Below, piece after piece: positions 1 to 8,324 of a DNA stretch of 43,692 bases (position 1 is the first letter of the stretch; each line of letters begins with the position of its first letter). Source of the DNA: Myxococcota bacterium (GTDB taxonomy: Bacteria > Myxococcota_A > UBA796 > GCA-2862545); NCBI GenBank assembly GCA_039208735.1, contig JBCCQY010000068.1, forward strand, positions 1 to 43,692, given 5' to 3'. Position numbers and translations under genes: made by a program. The notes under the pieces were generated by a model. That model saw only the letters and a program-made list of their open reading frames with translations, searched no databases and was not told where the DNA came from.

Positions 1-810
1 CAAAAAATCGATGTCAAACCTCCTCCGGCCGAGGTTGCCCCTGCGGCAGAGCCAACGATCCCCCCCCTGCCGCCTCAAAAAGCCACTCGGAACCCTGTCG
101 TTTTGCTACATGGCGCCTTCGGGTTTGAAGAACTGCGTATCCGCAACGACACCCACGCCTACTTCTTTGGGGTGCGAGAGCGACTCGAAGCGCAGGGCAT
201 CGAGGTGCATACACCCGAAGTGGCACCCGTGGCCGGCATCCGAACGCGGGCCAAGCAACTCGTGCGCTACCTTGAAGCACTCGACAAGCCTCGCGTCAAC
301 GTCATCGCCCATTCGATGGGGGGGCTCGACACGCGCTACGCGATCACCCACTTCGGGTTGCACGAGCGGATTTCGGCGCTGGTCACCTTTGGGACGCCGC
401 ACCGGGGCACACCATTGGCGAATGTTGGCCACTCCGTCACGGCGGGCATTGGGATTCGGCGACTGTTGGGCCACGCCGGCGAGATGATGCGCGATTTGAC
501 TACGCGTCGCATGAAGCGCTTCAACGAGGACACACCGAATCATGAAGCGGTGTTCTACGCCTCGGTGGTGGGTCGAGCGAAGCGACTTGCCGAGGTCCAT
601 CCTCTGCTTGCGCCGACCTATCAGTACTTATGTAGTCAGGCGGGAGACAATGATGGCATCGTGCCCGCGAGTTCGCAGGAGTGGGGTGAGCTCCTGTTCA
701 TCGTCGATGTCGACCATTGGGCGCAGGTTGGGTGGAGCCGGAGCCCGAAACTCGGCGCTCCAAAGATCTATGAGGCCATCGCCGAAGCATTGGCCGCTCG
801 CGGGTTCTGA
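1..810 (+). CDS. Alpha/beta-hydrolase, triacylglycerol lipase/esterase family (5'-truncated by window edge)
   Basis: Frame is open from base 1 (QKIDVKPPPA...RNPVVLLHG). Contains the nucleophile elbow AHSMGG, GTPHRG, DNDGIV and a C-terminal VDH. Confidence 0.9.
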   Translation, partial: QKIDVKPPPAEVAPAAEPTIPPLPPQKATRNPVVLLHGAFGFEELRIRNDTHAYFFGVRERLEAQGIEVHTPEVAPVAGIRTRAKQLVRYLEALDKPRVNVIAHSMGGLDTRYAITHFGLHERISALVTFGTPHRGTPLANVGHSVTAGIGIRRLLGHAGEMMRDLTTRRMKRFNEDTPNHEAVFYASVVGRAKRLAEVHPLLAPTYQYLCSQAGDNDGIVPASSQEWGELLFIVDVDHWAQVGWSRSPKLGAPKIYEAIAEALAARGF

Positions 811-849
811 ACCATACTCGGCCTGAACGGACCTTGAACTGGAGGGGTC

Positions 850-1530
850 ATGAGCGGACCCGTGTGCGTGGTGGTGGGCGTTGGCAAAGGAATCGGCGAG
901 TCACTCGTGCGAACCTATGCGAAAGAGGGCTACCGAATGGTCTTGATGGCCAGGACCGAGGCCAAGATTGCCGCCCTCGCCGAAGAGGTCGGAGGGCTGG
1001 CCGTCCCCTGTGATGCGACAGATGAGGCTTCGATCGAGGCTGCCTTTGCGAAGGTTGCGGCTGATCTGGGGACGGTTCACACGCTGCTGTGGAACGTGGG
1101 GTCCGGGGTCTTTGGCGATCTGGATGCCATCGAGGTTGCCGGCATGGAATTGGCCTGGCGAACGAACACGCTCGGGCTGTTTGTGGCGGCCAAGCAGGTA
1201 GTTTCGGGGATGCGAGACGCCGGAGAGGGCGCGATCCTCGTGACCGGTGCCACCGCGTCGCGGCGAGGGAAGCCCTTCACGACCGCCTTCGCGGCAGGAA
1301 AGGCCGCCCAGCGCAGTTTGTGCCAGAGCCTGGCCCGGCAGCTTTGGCCCCAAGGCATTCACGTGGCGCTTGTGGTGGTGGACGGAATGGTTCAGGCACC
1401 CGACCGAGACGCCATCGATGTGGCGTTGCTGCCCGACGACATCGCGACCACCTTCTTGCACCTTTCCAAGCAGCCCTCGACGGCCTGGACCTTCGAACTC
1501 GAAGTTCGGCCGCATCGGGAAAATTGGTGA
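850..1530 (+). CDS. Short-chain dehydrogenase/reductase (atypical FxxGK subfamily)
   Basis: GVGKGIG Rossmann motif, TGATAS, FAAGKAAQRSLCQSLAR; GGAGGGG RBS upstream. Confidence 0.9.
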   Translation: MSGPVCVVVGVGKGIGESLVRTYAKEGYRMVLMARTEAKIAALAEEVGGLAVPCDATDEASIEAAFAKVAADLGTVHTLLWNVGSGVFGDLDAIEVAGMELAWRTNTLGLFVAAKQVVSGMRDAGEGAILVTGATASRRGKPFTTAFAAGKAAQRSLCQSLARQLWPQGIHVALVVVDGMVQAPDRDAIDVALLPDDIATTFLHLSKQPSTAWTFELEVRPHRENW

Positions 1531-2120
1531 GTCTGCGGTCGCGCATCGGGCTTGGGATCGTCTGGGCGATCTTGCTCGCCTACGCCGTGCTCTTCGCGCC
1601 TCCTTCGCGCCCCGACCAGGACGCGTGGGTGATGCGCCTCCTCACGGGCGAGTGGGAAGGGGAAGAGCCATGGGTCGTCGTGATCTTCAACCTGCTCGGG
1701 GTGTGGCCGTTGGTCATGGCTTCGTTGCTCGCCCCTTGGCTACGGCGGCGTCCCATCGGCCTTTGGCCATTCGTGGCCGGCTCGATGGCGTTGGGGGCCT
1801 TCATCTTGATTCCCGGCTTGGTGATCGGCGGCAAACCGCAGCCTGTGGCGACCTGGCAGCGTTTCCTGCGACATCCTGCCTTTCGCGGGGCCCTTGCGTT
1901 GGGCACGATGGCGATGGTCGCGGGGGCCATCGCCCTTGGAGATCCCGAGGAGTATGCGCGGATCTTCGCGAGGGACCAATTCGTCCACGTCATGTCGCTC
2001 GATTTCGCCGTGCTCTACCTCACCTCGGTGGTGGTGGCGCGGGAACAAGGGGGCTCGTGGGGATGGGCGCTCCTACCGCTGCTTGGCGGCTTGTTGGTGG
2101 CACGTCCGCTCGACGAGTGA
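1527..2120 (+). CDS. Integral membrane protein (DUF2834-like)
   Basis: GTG start overlaps the SDR stop (GTGA). Several hydrophobic helices; FNLLGVWP and FVHVMSLDF motifs. Confidence 0.7.
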   Translation: MSLRSRIGLGIVWAILLAYAVLFAPPSRPDQDAWVMRLLTGEWEGEEPWVVVIFNLLGVWPLVMASLLAPWLRRRPIGLWPFVAGSMALGAFILIPGLVIGGKPQPVATWQRFLRHPAFRGALALGTMAMVAGAIALGDPEEYARIFARDQFVHVMSLDFAVLYLTSVVVAREQGGSWGWALLPLLGGLLVARPLDE

Positions 2121-2132
2121 CGCGACTCGTCG
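2111..2132 (+). terminator. 8-bp stem-loop over the stop codon
   Basis: CGACGAGT-GACGCG-ACTCGTCG; no U-tract, so terminator function is uncertain. Confidence 0.35.
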
Positions 2133-2233
2133 GGTCGTGACAACCGTCGACATTTCCGGCGGTCTTCAACGGACCAACCCGGCGAATGGGTGGCCTTCGG
2201 ATTGCAGTTGGCCGGGCGACTCGTGGAGAAGCC

Positions 2234-2944
2234 GTGCGACTACGTGAGCGATACCAATTCAGCGGACCGGCCGCGCTGAGTGACGGTGATGTACTGGCCT
2301 GCGTCCTTGGGGCCCCGGCGGGCCAAGGGCGCGCCGTGGCGGCTCGGCTTCTCGCGCAGTTTGGGAGCTTGCGTGCGCTCGCTCGAAGCGAGCCTCAAGA
2401 GTTGCTTGAGGTGCTGGGGGTGGGGCCCGAACGAGCCGTGCGGGTGCACGCCGCGCTCGAACTGGGCCGTCGGGCGCAGCGACTTCCCGAGGGGCGAGGG
2501 CCGAATCCGGTCCGCCATCCGGACGATGCGAGGGCGTGGCTCGTTCCAGGGCTCCAGGGTCTCGGTCATGAAGAACTTCATGGACTGTTTTTGGACCGGC
2601 GGCGACGGGTACTCGCGCGCCGACGACTGACCGTCGGAAGCGATAGTTTCACCGTTGTCGATCCCCGCCAGGTGTTCCGAGTAGCGCTAGGCGTGGGCGC
2701 CCAGGCGGTCGTGCTCGCCCACAACCATCCTTCAGGCGACCCCGAGCCTTCGCGGCTTGACCGTCAAGTCACCGACCGGGTGGTGGAGGCTGGTCGTGTT
2801 CTCGGCATCGTGCTGGTCGATCATCTCGTGGTCGGAGCGACCGAAACCCGCTCGTTTGCGGAGTCGGGGTGGTTGTCACCCGATCCGACCGGACTTCCTT
2901 GGGCCGCGGTCGGGTCCAGTGGCCAATCCTCAACAAGATGGTAA
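2234..2944 (+). CDS. radC: RadC family protein (HhH + JAB/MPN domain)
   Basis: RERY..GPAALSD start, LGVGPERA helix-hairpin-helix, AHNHPSGDPEPSRLD JAB motif and LVDHLVVG. GTG at 2234 follows a GGAGA RBS; alternative ATG at 2186. Confidence 0.92.
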   Translation: MRLRERYQFSGPAALSDGDVLACVLGAPAGQGRAVAARLLAQFGSLRALARSEPQELLEVLGVGPERAVRVHAALELGRRAQRLPEGRGPNPVRHPDDARAWLVPGLQGLGHEELHGLFLDRRRRVLARRRLTVGSDSFTVVDPRQVFRVALGVGAQAVVLAHNHPSGDPEPSRLDRQVTDRVVEAGRVLGIVLVDHLVVGATETRSFAESGWLSPDPTGLPWAAVGSSGQSSTRW

Positions 2945-2954
2945 GGGCCGAGTC

Positions 2955-3938
2955 ATGTGGCCCTACCTCGCAAAGATCGAACTCGCGAACGGCGCCGTGC
3001 AGCCGTTCGGAACGTACGGACTGCTCATCGTGGTGGCGTTTTCCCTCGCCATCGCCTACGTCCAGTGGCGAGCACCCAAGGTCGGGTTTCATCCTGACAA
3101 GCTGATCGGGGTCTACGTGGCCGCGTTCATCGGAGGGATGCTCGGGGCTCGCGTGCTCTACATGATCGCCGTTGAGCCTGCAGCGACCTTCCGCAACCCG
3201 CTCAACATCCTTTCACCGACGGGCGGGGGCTTCGCCTTCTACGGCGGGCTCATCGGGGGCGGGGCGCTCGTCCTTTCGTATGCGGCCCAGCAGGGTTTCA
3301 ATGGGTGGAAGCTTGCCGATATTCTCATGCCGGCCGTCATCTTGGGGCATGGGGTGGGGCGGCTCGCGTGCTTCTTTGCCGGCTGCTGTCACGGCGTCAC
3401 CGCACCACACATGTCGCATGGCGTGCCGCTGCTGGGCGAGTTCAGTGGAGGCGAGATCTGGTTGTCGAGCGCATTCCCCTACATGGCGACCGAGTTCTTG
3501 CACCCCGACACAGTGTCGCGCGTAACCGGCATTCCGCTCTATCCAACCCAGCTGTGGTCGGTGGTGATTGGCACTTCGCTGTTCGCGGTGCTGGCTTATG
3601 CCTGGACGAAGCGTCGCTTTGACGGCCAAATTGCTGCGATTGCGCTCATGACCGAACCTGTGACACGCGTCTTCGTCGAGGCCTTCCGCAGCGACCATCG
3701 CGGATACGCGTTGACATTCCCCGTCAATGAGACCCTGGCCGGTTGGCTTCCCGGCATGGCCCAAGCGGGAGATTCCCTGGCGAACCCGGTCATGGGCCTC
3801 ACCACGTCTCAGTTCATTGGGCTCGCCATGGTCGGGGTGGGCATTGCCATCTACGCGACGCGCTTCAACGAGGGCGTCGATGAAGAGGTCGAGGTCTCCA
3901 TCTCCGAGGAAGACATCCTGGAGAATCTCGCCTCCTGA
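2955..3938 (+). CDS. lgt: Prolipoprotein diacylglyceryl transferase
   Basis: TYG, GARVLY, GGFAFYGGLIGG, GRLACFFAGCCHG, YPTQL and EAFRSD motifs; multiple TM helices. Confidence 0.92.
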   Translation: MWPYLAKIELANGAVQPFGTYGLLIVVAFSLAIAYVQWRAPKVGFHPDKLIGVYVAAFIGGMLGARVLYMIAVEPAATFRNPLNILSPTGGGFAFYGGLIGGGALVLSYAAQQGFNGWKLADILMPAVILGHGVGRLACFFAGCCHGVTAPHMSHGVPLLGEFSGGEIWLSSAFPYMATEFLHPDTVSRVTGIPLYPTQLWSVVIGTSLFAVLAYAWTKRRFDGQIAAIALMTEPVTRVFVEAFRSDHRGYALTFPVNETLAGWLPGMAQAGDSLANPVMGLTTSQFIGLAMVGVGIAIYATRFNEGVDEEVEVSISEEDILENLAS

Positions 3939-3993
3939 ACCGATAGAGATTTGGTGTCGTGATCCAGGTCATTGACCGGTTTACTAGCGACTC

Positions 3994-4356
3994 ATGAAGA
4001 AACCGCAGATCTGGGTAACACTGCGGTCTCAATTCCCACTCCGGGGTGCCGATGAGGGGGGCGCTGGAGGCGGTGTGACCCCGACCGAGACCGAGACCGA
4101 TCCGCGGGTGCGGCAACGTATGGACGAGGTGATGCGCCACGCTCGGCGCACCTTCCGCCACACGACGCAGTCGCGGACCCCGTCGCGGCCGCTGGTGGAC
4201 TTCGATCTCGATGGGAGTCTGCATGGCGCTCCTCCCTGGACCGTGGAGTTCATCGAGCGTCAACCGGGTCGGCTGTGGTCCCCTGCGTCGTGGTTTGCGA
4301 CGCTAGCGGTCGCGGGTGCCGTGCCTTTGGTCATCGTCTACTGGATGCTGCACTAA
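3994..4356 (+). CDS. Hypothetical protein with C-terminal TM helix
   Basis: ORF fills the gap between genes and ends in a hydrophobic segment (WFATLAVAGAVPLVIVYWML); start uncertain. Confidence 0.55.
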   Translation: MKKPQIWVTLRSQFPLRGADEGGAGGGVTPTETETDPRVRQRMDEVMRHARRTFRHTTQSRTPSRPLVDFDLDGSLHGAPPWTVEFIERQPGRLWSPASWFATLAVAGAVPLVIVYWMLH

Positions 4357-4414
4357 CCTTCGTCGAGCCCCGGTCGGCTCAAGCCCGTGCCCGTTCCGAC
4401 CGATGCGGCCAGCG

Positions 4415-5239
4415 ATGAACGCGGACCTTACCCGACGTCTTCACCAGCTCGGCATCGACTATGAGTCGATTGGCGCCCTGCTGCTCTTTCCGCTGGTCGA
4501 GGTTGCGTGGGCCGATGGGCGGATGCAGCCAGCGGAGGCCACCCGTATTGCCGCCGTGGCGCAGGAGTGGGATCTGTCGGAGGAAGCGATGGTCATGGTG
4601 CGGGGGTGGCTCCGTTACCCCCCGAGCACCGCCTACGGCCAGCGCGTTCGCGACATCCTGGCGCGTCTGCTCGCCGATGGCGTTCCCTTCCAAGGCCCCT
4701 GGGACGCCGAGACGATCCTTAGGGAGGCCAAAGCGGTGGCGACCGTCGCGGGCTCGTGGCTTCCGTTCTGGCGGGTCACCGACGCGGAGCGGCAGGTTAT
4801 CGACATGCTGAAACGTCAGCTCGAAACAAAAGAACGTCCTGATGCTACCGCGCAAGGCCATCCAGACCTCGATCGGCGCATCAACCAGGTCACCCTTGAC
4901 TTTGACCGCTCGCGATTCACGGACTCTGTGCGCGGGGTGATCATCCCCGACTTCGAACAGAACATGCGGTTTGATGTCACGGGTCTTGGCTTCACTGTGG
5001 GCGCCTCGAAGGATGCGGACTTGTGCATCGTGGACTCGGGCCTCGAACCCATCCACTGTCGCTTCACCGCCCGAGGGGATTGGCACTATCTGGAAGAGTT
5101 GGCAGGGGAAACCAGGGTGAATGGGGAGCGAATCCGCGCCAGACGCCTCCTCGGAGGAGAGACCATTCGCCTGGCTCCTCTATGTAGCTTCGCGTTCAAG
5201 AGGGTTCGCCAGGTGGATCCTGTCCAAAGTCGCGTATGA
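4415..5239 (+). CDS. TerB-like domain + degenerate FHA/YscD-cytoplasmic-like domain protein
   Basis: FPLVEVAWADGRMQPAE (TerB-like); C-terminal FTVG..DADLCI...IHCRF...RVNGERI..RRLLGGETIRL beta-sandwich pattern. Confidence 0.75.
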   Translation: MNADLTRRLHQLGIDYESIGALLLFPLVEVAWADGRMQPAEATRIAAVAQEWDLSEEAMVMVRGWLRYPPSTAYGQRVRDILARLLADGVPFQGPWDAETILREAKAVATVAGSWLPFWRVTDAERQVIDMLKRQLETKERPDATAQGHPDLDRRINQVTLDFDRSRFTDSVRGVIIPDFEQNMRFDVTGLGFTVGASKDADLCIVDSGLEPIHCRFTARGDWHYLEELAGETRVNGERIRARRLLGGETIRLAPLCSFAFKRVRQVDPVQSRV

Positions 5240-5265
5240 CGAACGCGTACTGTCGAGGATTGTCG

Positions 5266-5316
5266 CGTGGCTTGATGTGGGTCGGTCGTCGTGGGTAGGG
5301 TCTACGCCAAGCCACG
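5266..5316 (+). promoter_or_regulatory. Long G-U-rich stem-loop abutting an RBS
   Basis: CGTGGCTTG (5266-5274) pairs with CAAGCCACG (5308-5316) and extends inward through G-U pairs; AGGAG follows at 5317. Confidence 0.5.
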
Positions 5317-5326
5317 AGGAGACGAC

Positions 5327-5785
5327 ATGTGGTTGAGCGTCCATGCGACGTTGTTGATGGGGCCAGCGGCGGCGTCTGACGAGCCGGGTGTTGCCTCGGC
5401 AACGCCCTCGGAGCACCAAGAAGCCTCGTCCGAAGAATCCACTGCAAAACCAAATCCGGCCCATGGAGCTCGCCAGGCCAAGCTGCTGGGAGCGGGAAAC
5501 TGCTCCTGGAGCACGTCGATGATGGCGGCACGGGCGCTGTCAGACGGGGTGCCGTACACGTTCGTTGGTCATCTCGAAGCCAGTGCAAATCAGCTTCCAA
5601 GTCGGGTTGCCACGCCCTACACGGTCGGCCCCGATGCGGCGATCCATGTGGTCGCCAATGAGGTCCTTGGGCTGATGGAACGGCGAAGTGTCGTGAAGGG
5701 CCGGCTGGACCTTCGGGGTCGCCTCATTGAGATGGACGGGGTACGCTACCTCGTGATTACGGAATACACCCGGGTCGGCGCGTGA
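5327..5785 (+). CDS. Hypothetical exported protein
   Basis: AGGAG RBS, short signal-like N-terminus, low-complexity linker, then a beta-rich domain. Confidence 0.7.
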   Translation: MWLSVHATLLMGPAAASDEPGVASATPSEHQEASSEESTAKPNPAHGARQAKLLGAGNCSWSTSMMAARALSDGVPYTFVGHLEASANQLPSRVATPYTVGPDAAIHVVANEVLGLMERRSVVKGRLDLRGRLIEMDGVRYLVITEYTRVGA

Positions 5786-5980
5786 CGTCGGAGCCCAGGG
5801 TCTTTACGCGACCCTTGCTCCTTCAAAGCTTCCTTGCTTTTGGCCCGATGCCCCGCATCGCACCTCAAACCCCGCAGCTCATGAGCGCGGTCGGGATTTG
5901 GGTGTGAAGGGGCCTGAAAACGTCCTCTTCGCACAAGAAGTGGATCACTTTTCGCCATCTCGAATCCCCCTCGGGATAAA

Positions 5981-6403
5981 ATGACCGTGTACCAGGAGGT
6001 TCCCATCGAGCCAGAGGTTGTCGCGGAGGCCTTGGCCACCGCTGCATTGGAGCTGAAGGGTGCGGACGTCGTGATTCTCGACATGCGCAACCTCGTCGAC
6101 TACACCGACGTGTTCGTTCTGTGTACCGCCCGCAATCGTCGCCACGTTCAAGCACTGGCGGACGAAATGCGTCGAAAGGCAAAGACCGACCTCGGTATTG
6201 GATGTGCTGGAGTTGAGGGTCTCGCCGTTGGCCGCTGGGTCCTGGTGGACTTCGAGTCGGTCGTGGTGCACATCTTCGACGGTCCCCTCCGTCCGTTCTA
6301 CAACCTCGATGGCCTTTGGGCCGACGCCCCGCGGCTGGCTACGCCAGAAGGGGCCGATGATGAACCTGGCATTCCCGTCTTCCCCGAGCCGTTCAACGCC
6401 TGA
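5981..6403 (+). CDS. rsfS: Ribosome silencing factor RsfS (Iojap)
   Basis: KGADVVILDM...YTDVFVLCT..N.RHVQALAD...VEG...WVLVDF...VVHIF...R.FYNLDGLW. Confidence 0.95.
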   Translation: MTVYQEVPIEPEVVAEALATAALELKGADVVILDMRNLVDYTDVFVLCTARNRRHVQALADEMRRKAKTDLGIGCAGVEGLAVGRWVLVDFESVVVHIFDGPLRPFYNLDGLWADAPRLATPEGADDEPGIPVFPEPFNA

Positions 6404-6417
6404 CGTTGGGTGGTGAG

Positions 6418-6882
6418 GTGAGTGCGCGATTCCATGTTGTCGTGGTGGGCCGCCCGAAAGCCTCGTGGGCGAACGAGGCGGTCGCCGACTACGCTCGTCG
6501 GCTGGGACGTCTTGGTGGTGTCCGGGAGGATGTCGTCAAGCCGGAGCGGTTTCGCGGAGATGTGAATGCGGTTCGCCTTGCCGAAGCGCAACGGGTCCAG
6601 CGGTTGGTTGGGTCTCGGGGCACGTTGGTCGTTCTCGACGAGCGAGGAGACCGGTGCACCACCGAGCAGTTCGCCGCGTTGGTGGATGAAGGACGGCAAG
6701 CCGGTCCCCTGTGGCTGGTGATTGGGGGTCCCTACGGACATGACCCCGGGCTGCGGTCGGCCGCGTGGCGGGTGGTCCGGTTGTCTGACCTGGTCCTCAA
6801 CCACGAGGTGGCGCGAGTCGTGCTCTACGAACAACTGTACCGGGCCATGACCTGGCTCGAAGGCCTGCCCTACCATCACTAA
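6418..6882 (+). CDS. rlmH: 23S rRNA (pseudouridine1915-N3)-methyltransferase
   Basis: LDERG, IGGPYG, LSDLVLNH, EQLYRA and terminal PYHH; conserved position after rsfS. Confidence 0.95.
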   Translation: MSARFHVVVVGRPKASWANEAVADYARRLGRLGGVREDVVKPERFRGDVNAVRLAEAQRVQRLVGSRGTLVVLDERGDRCTTEQFAALVDEGRQAGPLWLVIGGPYGHDPGLRSAAWRVVRLSDLVLNHEVARVVLYEQLYRAMTWLEGLPYHH

Positions 6883-6890
6883 AAACCTTG

Positions 6891-7166
6891 CTAGGCGTCG
6901 GTGTCGCGACGATGAAGTTCCGGACGATTCGTCCACTCGACAGGATCGACGGTGAGGGGGGTGTGTTCGCGAGGCCGGAGTCCGCGGAGCGGAAGACCCG
7001 CCGGAGGCCACGAAGGGGTCTCGGTGTGGAAGGTCGACATGCGCTCGCGGGGCCGGCTCCGCATCCACGACGGAAGGCGCCGGCCCCCGCGCATCCCACC
7101 CGGGAGAATGAGAACGCCGAGCACGGCCAGTCCAATCACGATCATCGCTTCGAGGCCCCAGGCCAC
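6891..7166 (-). CDS. Small single-pass membrane protein, divergent from the WYL gene
   Basis: GTG after a GGGGG RBS-like run. N-terminal TM (MIVIGLAVLGVLIL) followed by a Pro/Arg-rich tail; codons mostly end in G/C. Confidence 0.55.
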   Translation of the reverse strand: MAWGLEAMIVIGLAVLGVLILPGGMRGGRRLPSWMRSRPRERMSTFHTETPSWPPAGLPLRGLRPREHTPLTVDPVEWTNRPELHRRDTDA

Positions 7167-7219
7167 GGTTGCACCCCCAGAAACCCGACTCACATTCGTG
7201 GTTCCTCGAGATCGTCTTG

Positions 7220-7316
7220 CGCACATCTGTGCGATGCGGCAACTTGTGGCTTGCAGGGAACACTCGGATTGTCTCGGTGAGACATCGGTGTTTGTGAATT
7301 TGGTCATTTTCCGTCC
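7220..7316. promoter_or_regulatory. Inverted repeats in the divergent promoter region of the WYL gene
   Basis: CGCACA-TC-TGTGCG (7220-7233), TGTCTC-GGT-GAGACA (7270-7284, inside AACAC...GTGTT 7259-7292) and imperfect GGTCA-N5-CGTCC (7302-7316). Confidence 0.45.
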
Positions 7317-7325
7317 GGGCGATCG

Positions 7326-8324
7326 TTGACGTCATCGCAAACAGGGTTGGCCGACCTCAACAAGGGCCAGAAGCTCGTAAAGATGGTGGAGCTCATGACG
7401 CGTCGCGGTGGTGTGCGCGCGCATGAGCTCATCGAGCGTTTTGATCTCGATGCGCGCACGTTGCGCCGCTACCTCGCGGACTTGAGAGAACTCGATCTCC
7501 CCGTCCGTGATGAAGGGCGGGGTGACGAGCGGGTCATCTCGATCGATCCGCGTTGGCGGCGCACGGGGGTTCAGCTGTCGTTGGCTGAGGTGCTCTCGCT
7601 GCACTTTGGTCGCAAGTTGTTCAACTTCCTTGAAGGCACGAGCTTCGCGGAAGACCTCGAAGGGGCCATCGAACGGCTTGAGCCCGCGATCAGCCGCGCG
7701 CACCAGAACCTTGCGCGGCAGCTTGACACCAAGTTCCTCGCGGTTCCTGAACCAACGAAGGATTATCGAGGCCAAGCCTCCGAGATTCTAGACGATCTAG
7801 TGACGGCGTTGGTCTACAACAACCCCGTCGAAGCGCGGTACCGCAACTCAAACGGCGTTGAAGGCGATCGGGTCTTGCATCCCTACACCTTGGCGACCTT
7901 CCGGCAGGGGCTCTACCTCTTCGCGCTCGATGTGGACGCAGGGGTCGTCAAAACCTACGCCGTGGAGCGGTTTGTTGATGCGTTGCGGCGTCGAGGAGAC
8001 CACTTCGAGTTGCCGAAGGATTGGTCTCCCGAGACCCATATTGCCCATGCGTTCGGAATCATCAGCGGTTCGGCGCAAGACGTGGTGATTGCCTTTAGCG
8101 AGCGAGTCATGGGCTACATCCGTGAACGGACGTGGCACCCCACCCAGGCGTTTCGGACGTTGCCCGATGGCCGGCTCGAGCTGTCGATGTCGGTGGCGGT
8201 GACCGTCGAGCTTCAGCGTTGGGTGCAAGGGTTTGGGTCCGATGCACAGGTGCTTTCGCCCCTCTCGCTGGCTCAGGACGTGGCCGCATCGTTGGCCGAG
8301 GCGGCCTCCCAATACGACGCGTGA
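7326..8324 (+). CDS. HTH-WYL-WCX transcriptional regulator (PafB/PafC/DriD-like)
   Basis: N-terminal wHTH (ELIERFDLDARTLRRYLADL), WYL core (RVLHPYTL...GLYLFALD...KTYAVERF), WCX (ERTWHPTQ...ELQRWVQGFGSDAQVLSP). Confidence 0.93.
   Translation: MTSSQTGLADLNKGQKLVKMVELMTRRGGVRAHELIERFDLDARTLRRYLADLRELDLPVRDEGRGDERVISIDPRWRRTGVQLSLAEVLSLHFGRKLFNFLEGTSFAEDLEGAIERLEPAISRAHQNLARQLDTKFLAVPEPTKDYRGQASEILDDLVTALVYNNPVEARYRNSNGVEGDRVLHPYTLATFRQGLYLFALDVDAGVVKTYAVERFVDALRRRGDHFELPKDWSPETHIAHAFGIISGSAQDVVIAFSERVMGYIRERTWHPTQAFRTLPDGRLELSMSVAVTVELQRWVQGFGSDAQVLSPLSLAQDVAASLAEAASQYDA

Noticed and set aside
2147..2163. GACATTTCCGGC upstream of radC resembling GTCATTTTCCGTCC upstream of the WYL gene
   Set aside because: Only about 8 of 14 positions match and it is not palindromic; too weak to claim a shared regulon.
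2234..2944. radC as a marker of a mobile element or defence island
   Set aside because: It is the full-length HhH+JAB chromosomal type next to lgt; no integrase, att site or compositional shift seen.
5783..5830. Possible Sec readthrough (TGA followed by a hairpin) or tRNA-Sec anticodon CTTCAAA
   Set aside because: No redox-motif context, the downstream frame looks non-coding, and there is no cloverleaf or T-arm. I found no convincing selenoprotein in the window.
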